Part shown: positions 38,719-48,619 of the stretch, in pieces | Layout of the letters: every line of letters begins with the position of its first letter | How positions within the stretch are numbered: position 1 is the first letter of the stretch | Assembly: GCA_964016885.1 (NCBI GenBank) | Contig: OZ024743.1 | Location: forward strand, 325,686,001 to 325,750,000 | Origin: Eledone cirrhosa | Lineage: Eukaryota | Direction of reading: 5' to 3' | DNA length: 64,000 bases | Position numbers and translations under genes: made by a program | The notes under the pieces: generated by a model | Told to the model about the DNA's origin: nothing | The model's database searches: none | The model's input: only the letters and a program-made list of their open reading frames with translations

Positions 38719-39374
38719 GGTCAATCAATGATAGATTCATACAAACCCGGCAATTATTAACAACAAGCTTCTACGCACCGTTAAATATAATTTCTTTCAT
38801 TATAGCCACACTTTCGTAAAAAGTTCGAAACTTATTGATAATTGTTATTTTATTTTTAGGTAGATTCGTATTTTTAAAATGTATCATAAAGGAAAATATT
38901 AATGTTTATATGCTATTAAATTACTGTCGTTACTTCTTATACACACATATATACACATAAATAATCTTATTCTTTTAGTGGTTTCAATAATAAAACCTGT
39001 AGCCATGCTGTGATTTAGTCGATCATATTAAATACAATATGTATTTTCTAAAATCTTATAAATACACATACATTCATATGTATACACACAGCAGGCTTCT
39101 GCAATCATCACCTACCAAAATTCACTCACGACTCGAGGCTATACTCGAAGATACCTGCCAAAGTTGTTACATTGTGAGAGTGAACTCATATGTATGTGAT
39201 AATTTATTATGCTACTGCTCCAGAGAAAGACATGAATGTCACAATATCCCAAGTATACCCCCCCCCCCCATTTTTTCCTGCCTGTCTAAGAAGCAGCACA
39301 TGTTGGTGTTTTCACTCACGTGAACTCTAAATGATCAAGACAATTCCAGTTATGGAAATCCTATCTAGTTTTAC

Positions 39375-40175
39375 AACGTTGAGGGCCACTTTCGACTCCC
39401 TCTTCGTCCAGTCAGATCAGTTTGCAAGGTGCCTCTTACTACCTGCCAGCGCCAAATACTCAGGCGACTGGGTCGATGCCCTACCCGTGGCCAACGTTGG
39501 TGGCCTACTCAGCCTGGACGAACTTCGTGTCTCCATCGCCCTCAGAGTGGGAGCCGACGCCTACATGGGTTTGAGGTGCCGATGCGGGAAACTCCTCGAT
39601 TCTACAGGCCTCCACGGTCTTTCTTGCCGCCTGAATGTCGGCCGCTTCGCGCGTCACACGGAGCTAAACTTCATTCTGAAGAGAGCTTTGTCCCGGGCGA
39701 ATATCCCCTCGGTCTTGGAACCATCTGGGTTGTCCAGAAGTGACGGCAAAAGACCTGACGGTCTTACCCTGTGTCCCTGGTCGAGAGGCAGGTGCTTTGT
39801 CTGGGACGTCACTGTTAGTGACTCCTTTGCTCTTTCCCACATCCTGGATGCTGCGGTTAGGACGAGAAAGACCCTCAAATATTCTGCTCTGTCGGCCAGC
39901 TACATTTTTCAGCCTGTGACTTTCGAGACGTTTGGGGGAGTCGGGCCGCTGACTGCGAGGTTCCTTTCCTCAGTGGCGGCTCGCCTAATTGAGGTGACTG
40001 GCGAATCTTGCGAGGGTGCTTGGCTGTTTCAGCGCATCAGCCTCGCCATCACCCGGGGTAACGCTGCGAGTGCGCTGGCTTGCCTCGAAAATCATTAGAG
40101 AGGTTGCCCAGTACTCGCGGCATTGCTGTCTTTCGCTCTGGTGTTGGCTCCGTTGTTCACCCCTTACGGTGTATA
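39375..40175 (+). mobile_element. 3' part of a CRE-like non-LTR element with restriction-like endonuclease (shorter 3' fragments at ~38000-38130 and ~50260-50570)
   Basis: ORF 39331-40098: CRCG..D..GLHGLSC zinc knuckle, then RH..LN, EP.GL.RSDGKRPDG, WDVT, KY and ETFG (PD-(D/E)xK-type RLE); GC-rich island. Confidence 0.8.
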
Positions 40176-40876
40176 ACGTTAAGTTACAATCTTATTAGTG
40201 AAATTTTAGTAAATTCTTCAAAATTCTTCATTAATTAATTGAAATAGTATATTTCATTACAAATGGTCATGAAAGGGTTATTTTTTATTTTAATTTTAAA
40301 AAAAAAAAAAATTTTTCACTTGAATTTCTCTGCTTATCCAACGTGTCTTTTTAAAGACAGTAGGGTATGAATTGAGAGAGATTTGACTGCTACTTCTAGC
40401 ATATTGAACAGCTATATATGTGTCTGTTTCCACGTTAGCACAGTAGTCTCCAGTGTTGTTATTTGGGTTTACATAGAGTTATCTCCCACCAACCTTTTCT
40501 ACGATGAATGCTATTTTTTTAAATAAGATGATAGAGAAACTTAATATCTAATTCGTTGTAAATATTCATATACTCGAACTCTACCGAACGCTTTCTTTTC
40601 GTGCTGGTCGCCATCGAAACTATTGATGTCTTCTGTTCTCAGACTGCCGTTTTCCTCTGCAAAATTGGGAGGAATGCATCTTACGTGAAGTGAAGTGGCT
40701 GATGTAGCGGGAGTCACTGGCTGTTCTCCCCTTCCTATTACTTTCAGTATTTTTTCCTCTCTTTTTTTATTGCAAACCTTATATAATATAATTGATATTT
40801 GTTGAATAAATGGATTCGTCACTTCACATCTCACAACGTGGTTTTTCAACTTAGACATGTTAGTATAAATAATTGT

Positions 40877-41519
40877 AAATATAAGTATGTATACGTACAT
40901 ACATATATGTATACAGACGTACAGTAGTATGTATATATATATATACATACATGCACACACATATATATATGTACGTATGGATTTACCGAACATTTATTAT
41001 AATGCTCGGTTTGTTTGTAAACAAACATCCTGAATTAAGCCGTACAGGGTTTAGCAACCGTCGATGCTCTTTTGTTCAATACTGACAAAGGAACGCTGTA
41101 CTAGTTTCAAGCTTGTTAGCTATCGTCAGCACCGTATACCTTGCTGCCAGATGATTGAACGATCCTTGTGCATATTAACGGCTGAGCAGCCTAATTTGCA
41201 TATCGAGTGAGTTAATCGGCCAGGCGCACGGAAAATGATAAATGGAAAAAAATGAAACGAAATTTCATTTCTCACTCTTAGTACGGCTGTTACTTAAATA
41301 TAAGTATGTATACGTACATACATATATGTATGCATGTATGTATATATATACATACTACTGTACGTCTGTATACATATATGTATGTACGTATACATACTTA
41401 TATTTAAGTAACAGCTGTACTAAGAGTCAGAAATGAAATTTCGTTTCATTTTTTCCATTTATCGTTTTCGGTGCGCCCGGCCGATTAACTCACTCGATAT
41501 GCAAATTAGGCTGCTCAGC
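40877..41519 (-). mobile_element. Non-coding hammerhead element, family A, second copy (different permutation, inverted arm at 41331-41519)
   Basis: Alignable to 24498-25125; minus-strand monomer plus partial repeat, then strand inversion near 41330. Confidence 0.8.
41093..41135 (-). ncRNA. Minimal hammerhead variant (family A)
   Basis: ACGGUG CUGACGA U AGCU-aaca-AGCU U GAAAC UA GUA CAGCGU; canonical CUGANGA/GAAA core, one mismatch in stem I, U-U closing stem II. Confidence 0.7.
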
Positions 41520-41522
41520 GCA

Positions 41523-41579
41523 CTGATGAAAGCGCACCATAATTTGTCTTGGTTGCCCTTGAAATATGTATAATAAAGT
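41523..41579 (+). ncRNA. Hammerhead (Naiad-like type) lacking the 5' strand of stem I
   Basis: CUGAUGA AAG.GCA.CCA-loop-UGG.UGC.CUU GAAAU AUGU AUA AUAAAGU; same 3' half as the 46348 and 48462 motifs. Confidence 0.6.
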
Positions 41580-41792
41580 AAATATGGTTTTATAAATATA
41601 GTTTCCATTTATTAATATATTGTATAAATATATATATATATATAAGGATTAGAATACTGGAGCGTGTTTGAGTGTATTAGTATTATTTAGCGTGTATTAG
41701 TATTATTTTCACTATTACCATGCTTATTTTTAATATTCAAACTTCTAATAGGGCTTAATTTCTGTGTAATAGAAAATAGATATGTGTATTGT

Positions 41793-41909
<117 letters not shown>

Positions 41910-42243
41910 ATATATACATGTATATATTGTACCTTTTGATTTTTAATTTGGAATTTTAATGTTGGTATAAATATATTATTATTATAATGTATTATATTGT
42001 GTTATATATAATTCCTGCTCTATATAACCAAATTTGTTTAGATTTAAGTTGGTGGCTTTGGACTATATTTGTAATATGGTTCTTAATGTTATCTACATCC
42101 TTAGTTATTATAATTTTATTATTTTTATCTTTATTTTCATTTTTATTATCGTATATCTTTGCAAGACATTAGTGTATGTACACTCCATATTCTTCAGAGT
42201 TTCTGGCTTGTATCTGCCGAAATTACCTCTTGTTGTTTTGATT

Positions 42244-42281
42244 GCCCTGATGAGTCCCTAATAGGACGAAACATTGTCGGC
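42244..42281 (+). ncRNA. Canonical minimal type I hammerhead ribozyme
   Basis: GCC CUGAUGA GUCC-cuaaua-GGAC GAAAC auu GUC GGC, immediately followed by AAUAAA and a (TA)n tract. Confidence 0.88.
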
Positions 42282-42326
42282 TAATAAAAACTTTTGATGT
42301 ATTAAAGGATTCTTTGTTTTACTCTC

Positions 42327-42413
<87 letters not shown>

Positions 42414-42475
42414 AATGTTTGTTGAGTGAGTTGGAATTTGGCCGGAGTATCGCTAAAAAGCTTTCTCCGATATTG

Positions 42476-42566
<91 letters not shown>

Positions 42567-42796
42567 CAGGAGTATATATATATATATATATATATATTTG
42601 TGTGGGGAGGGGAAGAGTCAGGACCCCAACAGCTGAGCTCCAGCCGTTTCGACACCTGTCGAAACGGCCGCTGCTCAGCCGTCGGGGTCCTGACTCTTTT
42701 TCTATTGCCCACTCAACTACCCTAAGTATCGAGTAGTATGGTGCGTTATGGTCCACCTGGTTTCTTACCATACTTCCTTGTTATATATATATATAT

Positions 42797-43653
42797 ATAT
42801 AGAAATCACATGAATCAAAGTTCTGTTCAAACCATTTATTAGCTCACAATTGTTTCGTCCAAACCGAGGTTTGGTGTCTTCGGAGCAATTTTTCAATGAT
42901 TGTTTACATACATGACCTCCTTTCCAACATAAGAGACATACAGAAACATATGTATATATCAATGCACAGTGGGATGACATCCATTATAATATTTTAGCAT
43001 GGCAATATACATTCAAAAATTAAAATCATATTAAAAGAAAATTAAAACAAAATTAAAGTTAAAATACAACATCGGCAGTTTACGAAGTGGATAGTTTGAA
43101 ATAGTTAGTGTATGCAATAGTTACACGTGTGTCTTATTTATATAAGATTAATGTGCGGCAAGGTGTTATATGCAATACAAGCACTTTAAGCGGGTAATCA
43201 AGCAATACAACCCCCATAATACTCTTGATTACCCGCTTAAAGTGCTTGTATTGCATATAACACCTTGCCGCACATTAATCTTATATAAATAAGACACACG
43301 TGCATGCCCCACGTGTAACTATTGCATACACTAACTACTTCAAACTATCCTCTTGCATTATCTTCGTAAACTGCCGATGTTGTATTTTAACTTTAATTTT
43401 GTTTTAATTTTCTTTTAATATGATTTTAATTTTTGAATGTATATTGCCATGCTAAAATATTATAATGGATGTCATCCCACTGTGCATCGATATATACATA
43501 TGTTTCTGTATGTCTCTTATGTTGGAAAAGAGGTCATGTATGTAAACAATCATTGAAAAATTGCTCCGAAGACACCAAACCTCGGTTTGGACGAAACAAT
43601 TGTAAGCTAATAAATGGTTTGAACAGAACTTTGATTCATGTGATTTCTATATA
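42797..43653. repeat. Long palindrome (~410-430-bp arms, ~21-nt spacer) with a hammerhead-like motif near each outer end
   Basis: 42797-43202 is the reverse complement of 43224-43653 with a few indels; motif GCU CCGAAGA..CCAAACC-uc-GGUUUGG..GAAAC AAUU GUA AGC at 43563-43607. Confidence 0.88.
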
Positions 43654-43850
43654 ACTGCTCTGTAGAACAACTGATGTTATTACATTGAGCTATTTATCTT
43701 ACTGGTAATAAGGTAGTAATAAATTACTGTCTTTCACTGTTTAGGGTTTAAAATATATATAACTATAAAAAGTTTTAGTATATACATAACCATAAATAGT
43801 ATCCTTAAAATACAAATATTAATAAAATAGATATTCTTTTGATCAATTAA

Positions 43851-43903
43851 ATTTTATTATACATATTTCAGAGGTACAACAGTACGTCCTCATCAGACAA
43901 AAT
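43851..43903 (-). ncRNA. Hammerhead ribozyme in the left PLE arm
   Basis: Reverse-complement copy of 46348-46400. Confidence 0.78.
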
Positions 43904-44244
43904 ATAATGGTACATGACATACCCTGAGATGTTAAATGGTTAAGATTTAATCAAGGTAATGATTAACCTATTAGAAAACTCAACATTTATACCCTAATAA
44001 TGAGAAAATGCGAAAACGTAATAAATTCAATAGAGAAGGTATGAGTAAGAAAAACGTTGCTTTAATGTAACAGTTATAGAGATTTTAAAATGTGGAATAC
44101 TACAAATTATGATTATCGAGGAAGATGTCTCTGGAATTATAATTTTATTACAGTTTATGAAGGCAACTGATAGATGATTAAAGAGAGGGAGAGATAAAGG
44201 GGAGTAATTTATGCAGAAAACTTTTTTTTTGCCCCTTAAGGACT

Positions 44245-44770
44245 CAAAATTAAACACTAAAATTCTAAAGCAGAATCAGCATAATGATCTTAATAATAGC
44301 GTTAACATAAAGGATAATAAACCAAAATGTAATTGTAGAAATAAAATTGATTGCCCTCTGCAAAATAATTGTTTAGATAGTAATTTGGTGTATAAATGCA
44401 CCGTAAAAACTGATTACAACACATACAACTACATAGGATCGACTTCTTCTACATTTAAAGCCAGATTTGCGAACCATAAATGCTCATTTTTGAACTCCAA
44501 GAGGAAATCATCCACTTATTTATCACTGCTTATATGGTCATTAAAAGAGAAGAATTTAAAATACTCCATTTTTTGGACGAAACTTCGGAATAGTGGAGTT
44601 TAACGCAACTCAAGTATATCAAGTAACTGCGCGCTGACCCTGGAGACCCTGTTGGTTATTAATATTTATGAGACCTTAATTAACAAAAAAAAGTGAATTA
44701 TTCTCTAATTGCCTTCATAAAGCTTTGTCTACATTTCAAGCCTCCCATAAGACCAGGAAAAAACAGTAAC
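44245..44770 (+). pseudogene. PLE GIY-YIG endonuclease remnant
   Basis: CNCRNKIDCPLQNNCL (CxCx5C), LVYKC..YIGSTSSTFKARFANH, LS..IW.LK; after a stop/frameshift, LINKK.ELFSNCLH. Confidence 0.85.
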
Positions 44771-45604
44771 CAACCAAACTTTGTTTTTAGACGTACATAA
44801 TCAACAGTTGAAAACCTTAATGGCCTTTAATATTGCTTTATCTTATAACTATCTATAAAAGAAAAAGAAATGACACTTGTTTAATAACATGCTGACACGT
44901 TGATATACATAACATAATATTATTAGCTTTGATCCATACCATTATTTCTCTATCTTTATTTTTCTATCTATGTTTTAATATAGTTCAAATGACCAACCTG
45001 TAAATTTTTACGGACCTTATTTTGAACTGTGAATCATTCATGCGTTTACACTCCTTTATTTATATATATATGTATGTATTTAACTTTTGCATGTTTTTAA
45101 GTATACCTATCTTTATTTTTCTATCTATGTTTTAAATATAGTTCAAATATCCAACCTGTAAATTTTTACGGACCTTATTTTGAACTGTGAATCATTCATG
45201 CGCTTACACTCTTTTATATATATATGTATGTATTTAACTTTTGCATGTTTGAATCTATTATATAAGATTATAATCGTTATCATTTACCAAAAGTATACTG
45301 TCTCATTAATACTTAGTATATCTCTCTATACCTAATTTTTTGCAAATATATGTATATTGTATAATAACATAATCATATTATTAGTTACGTTTATCTCTGC
45401 ATTTGTTTTTTTGCATCTATATTTATAATGTATAATAACTTAATCATAATTACCGTTTCGGTTTAACGCTATATATAGTTTGTGCAAATATAGATATATT
45501 GTACAATAACATATTCAGTATTTAGAGTTCATTCCTCCCATGAAGGTAGAACTAATATAGTGATTTAATATAATATAATAAATATTAATTTATTACGATA
45601 AATG

Positions 45605-45656
<52 letters not shown>

Positions 45657-46347
45657 TGAAAAATCTTTAGACAATGTATCTACTTGACAATAAATTTTTC
45701 GATATTTCTAACAGTAAGTACTTCATAAATTTTACATACCGAAAATGTTGACACTGTTATAGGTAATTTTTGTTAAAGATTACATTTAAGAAAATATTCA
45801 ACAGTGTTTATTTTTCTTTCGCGGGCCTAGTAAATCATTTAATTTTGTTTTCATAAAATTCAGAATTTTAGAAATGTAATACATTTTTTTTTAAATTTAT
45901 AAAATTTATAAAATAATAAATATAAATAACCATCAACTTTTAAAAACTTAAAATTTTGATTCTTCACCCTAAAATAACATAAATTAAATATTTTGAAATT
46001 AACCGCTTAGTCCTTAAGGGGCAAAACAAATGTTCTGCATAAATTACTCCCCTTTATCTCTCCCTCTCTTTAATCATCTATCAGTTGCCTTCATAAACTG
46101 TAATAAAATTATAATTCCAGAGACATCTTCCTCGATAATCATAATTTGTAGTATTCCACATTTTAAAATCTCTATAACTGTTACATTAAAGCAACGTTTT
46201 TCTTACTCATACCTTCTCTATTGAATTTATTACGTTTTCGCATTTTCTCATTATTAGGGTATAAATGTTGAGTTTTCTAATAGGTTAATCATTACCTTGA
46301 TTAAATCTTAACCCTTTAACATCTCAGGGTATGTCATGTATCATTAT

Positions 46348-46400
46348 ATTTTGTCTGATGAGGACGTACTGTTGTACCTCTGAAATATGTATAATAAAAT
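46348..46400 (+). ncRNA. Hammerhead ribozyme in the right PLE arm
   Basis: AUUUUGU CUGAUGA GGA.GUAC-uguu-GUAC.UCU GAAAU AUGU AUA AUAAAAU; 7-bp stem I, AUA cleavage triplet. Confidence 0.78.
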
Positions 46401-46641
46401 TTAATTGACCAAAAGAACATCTATTTTATTAATATTTGTATTTTAATATTAATAACTCTGGAAAATATTTTCTGTAGAGTGCTTCCAATCTACTGTAAAA
46501 CTTATTCTTTGATGTACTCATTGAATCTTGTTTAACTCTTTAATATATATTGATGAGGGACTAATTTTATAATATGTAACCCATGTGCAACCACGCAGTT
46601 TACCTCTTTCTTCCCATGTTTTTCATATATATATATATATA

Positions 46642-47285
46642 TAAACAATTAAGTTAAAAATGTACATCTACATATGCATACTGAAATACTAGTGTGTATA
46701 TGAATACACACACGTATACATATGTAGGTGTACCAAGTCTTTCACTGGTCGCTTTACAGCGAGCGGCCCAGCCACTCTGTATGTAAACACACAGACAAAC
46801 CGGTTTTTAGAGTCATACTGGTTTTGGGGGGAACACCTTCCCCCTATTCTCCAGAAAGCCAGACAAGGAATATTGAACTAGTTTCGTTGTTGTTACAACT
46901 CATCAGCAATATTTACCTATCTACCGGCCTTTCTGGAGAATTGTAAAAGCACATATCGTTATATGCTTTTTCTATGAAAATTAGTAGTGGGCAGACTAAT
47001 TTGCAAGCGTCAGTCATACAAAAGTGAGTTACAAACGAAACGAAATTTAATTTCGTTTCGTTATTTGTTTTTATCGTCTCCGCTGGACCGGTGCGTACTC
47101 ACACTCTATGCAAATTAGTCTGCCCACTACTAATTTTCATAGAAAAAGCATATAACGATACGTGCACATATTTCAGTATGCATATGTAGATGTACATTTT
47201 TAACTTAATTGTTTAAGCGTCAGTCATACAAAAGTGAGTTACAAACGAAACGAAATTTAATTTCGTTTCGTTATTTGTTTTTATA
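46642..47285 (-). mobile_element. Non-coding hammerhead element, family B (~465-nt monomer) with an inverted, internally deleted second copy
   Basis: 46642-46688 is inverted at ~47168-47215, and 46949-47005 at ~47109-47165; AGCGTCAGTCATACAAAAG is duplicated at ~47006 and ~47216; octamer at 47108-47115. Confidence 0.8.
46869..46913 (-). ncRNA. Hammerhead ribozyme with perfect core (family B)
   Basis: AAUAUUG CUGAUGA GUUG-uaacaa-CAAC GAAAC UA GUU CAAUAUU; 7-bp stem I, G-C closed stem II, palindromic ACUAGU stem III. Confidence 0.9.
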
Positions 47286-47378
47286 TATATATATATAAAA
47301 TCAATAATAATGAGTTCAAATCTCAGGCGATCATTTACAATGAAATAGCTCGAAGAAAGAGTATTTCTGAGCCGTGTA

Positions 47379-47735
47379 ATATAGGTTAACACAAATCAAT
47401 ATATTTGATAAACACAAATATCCTCATATTTATGTTTGTATTGTAAATGACCAAGTTAGCTAGATAGAAATATACTAATAATAATATTACAGTTTGCCTA
47501 TCATGACTTAAGATAATACATCATAAATCAACAAATCAACAAAAACAAATTGTATTGGCAACGGCCATTGCCAATACAATTTGTTTTTGTTGATTTATGA
47601 TGTATTATCTTAAGTCATGATAGGCAAACTGTAATATTATTATTAGTATATTTCTATCTAGCTAACTTGGTCATTTACAATACAAACATAAATATGAGGA
47701 TATTTGTGTTTATCAAATATATTGATTTGTGTTAA

Positions 47736-47742
<7 letters not shown>
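47379..47742. repeat. Near-perfect palindrome (~180-bp arms, 6-nt loop CGGCCA)
   Basis: Arms are reverse-complementary apart from an ~8-nt duplication in the left arm. Confidence 0.92.
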
Positions 47743-47821
<79 letters not shown>

Positions 47822-48284
47822 TGGAGGCACATGGCATTGGCCTTGCAATCGAAAGGTTGTGAGTTCAATTCTCAGACCGGGTGATGTGTTGTTTCCTTGA
47901 GCAAGAGACTTTATTTCACATTGCTCCAGTTTACTCAGCTGTAGAAATGAGATGTTAGGGACTGGGGTCCCTATCATTCCACTGCAAAGTGGTCGTGGAG
48001 GTGCCACGACAAAAAAGCACCCAGCCCACACTGTAAATGAGGTTGGTGTTAGGAAGGGCATCCAGCTGTAGAAATCGAGCCAGAATCAGTTCCCCGTCCC
48101 ACCCTTGCAAGCAGGGAAAAGCGGACGTAAAATGATGATGATGATGATGACCAAAGATTAGTATGGTTCGTTGATTACTCAACGAATACAATTTAGAAGC
48201 ACTCGACAAAAAAAGTTTTCCTGGAGTTTTTAATATTATTCAAAATGTTAACAAATGAAAAATATTCACATAATCAAAATATAT

Positions 48285-48348
48285 ACTTTATTATATATAT
48301 TTCAAAGGTACTGTGTTGTTTTTTCAGTACATCCTCATCAGACAAAAT
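48285..48348 (-). ncRNA. Hammerhead ribozyme (left arm of the 48.4-kb palindrome)
   Basis: Reverse complement of 48462-48525. Confidence 0.72.
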
Positions 48349-48461
48349 ATATGATTTGATATATGACATACCACTACGGTCTTGACTATTCAATTCCAGT
48401 ATTGCCAATACTGGAATTGAATAGTCAAGACCGTAGCGGTATGTCATATATCAAATCATAT

Positions 48462-48525
48462 ATTTTGTCTGATGAGGATGTACTGAAAAAACAACACAGT
48501 ACCTTTGAAATATATATAATAAAGT
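48462..48525 (+). ncRNA. Hammerhead ribozyme (right arm of the 48.4-kb palindrome)
   Basis: AUUUUGU CUGAUGA GGA.GUACUG-loop-CAGUAC.UUU GAAAU AUAU AUA AUAAAGU; related to the Naiad-arm motif. Confidence 0.72.
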
Positions 48526-48585
48526 ATATATTTTGATTATGTGAATATTTTTCATTTGTTAATATTTTGAATAATATATATATAT

Positions 48586-48619
<34 letters not shown>

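Larger units (their letters stand above)
43805..46446 (+). mobile_element. 5'-truncated Penelope-like element (Naiad-type GIY-YIG) with inverted pseudo-LTR
   Basis: 43805-44244 is the reverse complement of 46009-46446 and each arm has a hammerhead; endonuclease remnant follows the left arm; ~155-bp direct duplication in the UTR (~44950 and ~45107). Confidence 0.88.
48233..48577. repeat. Near-perfect palindrome (~172-bp arms, 1-nt centre at 48405) with a hammerhead in each arm
   Basis: CCAGTATTG-C-CAATACTGG centre; about 2 mismatches between the arms. Confidence 0.92.

Noticed and set aside
40541-40993. 150-aa minus-strand ORF as a gene
   Set aside because: It starts inside the TA-rich family A element, and no domain or exon structure is recognisable.
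42412-42771. ORFs rich in YI/HT/CV dipeptides (also at 30.9, 32.4 and 47.7 kb)
   Set aside because: Translations of (TA)n and (TG)n microsatellites.
44245-44770. Selenocysteine-encoding Naiad
   Set aside because: The recognisable conserved cysteines use TGT/TGC codons, and no SECIS could be identified by eye.
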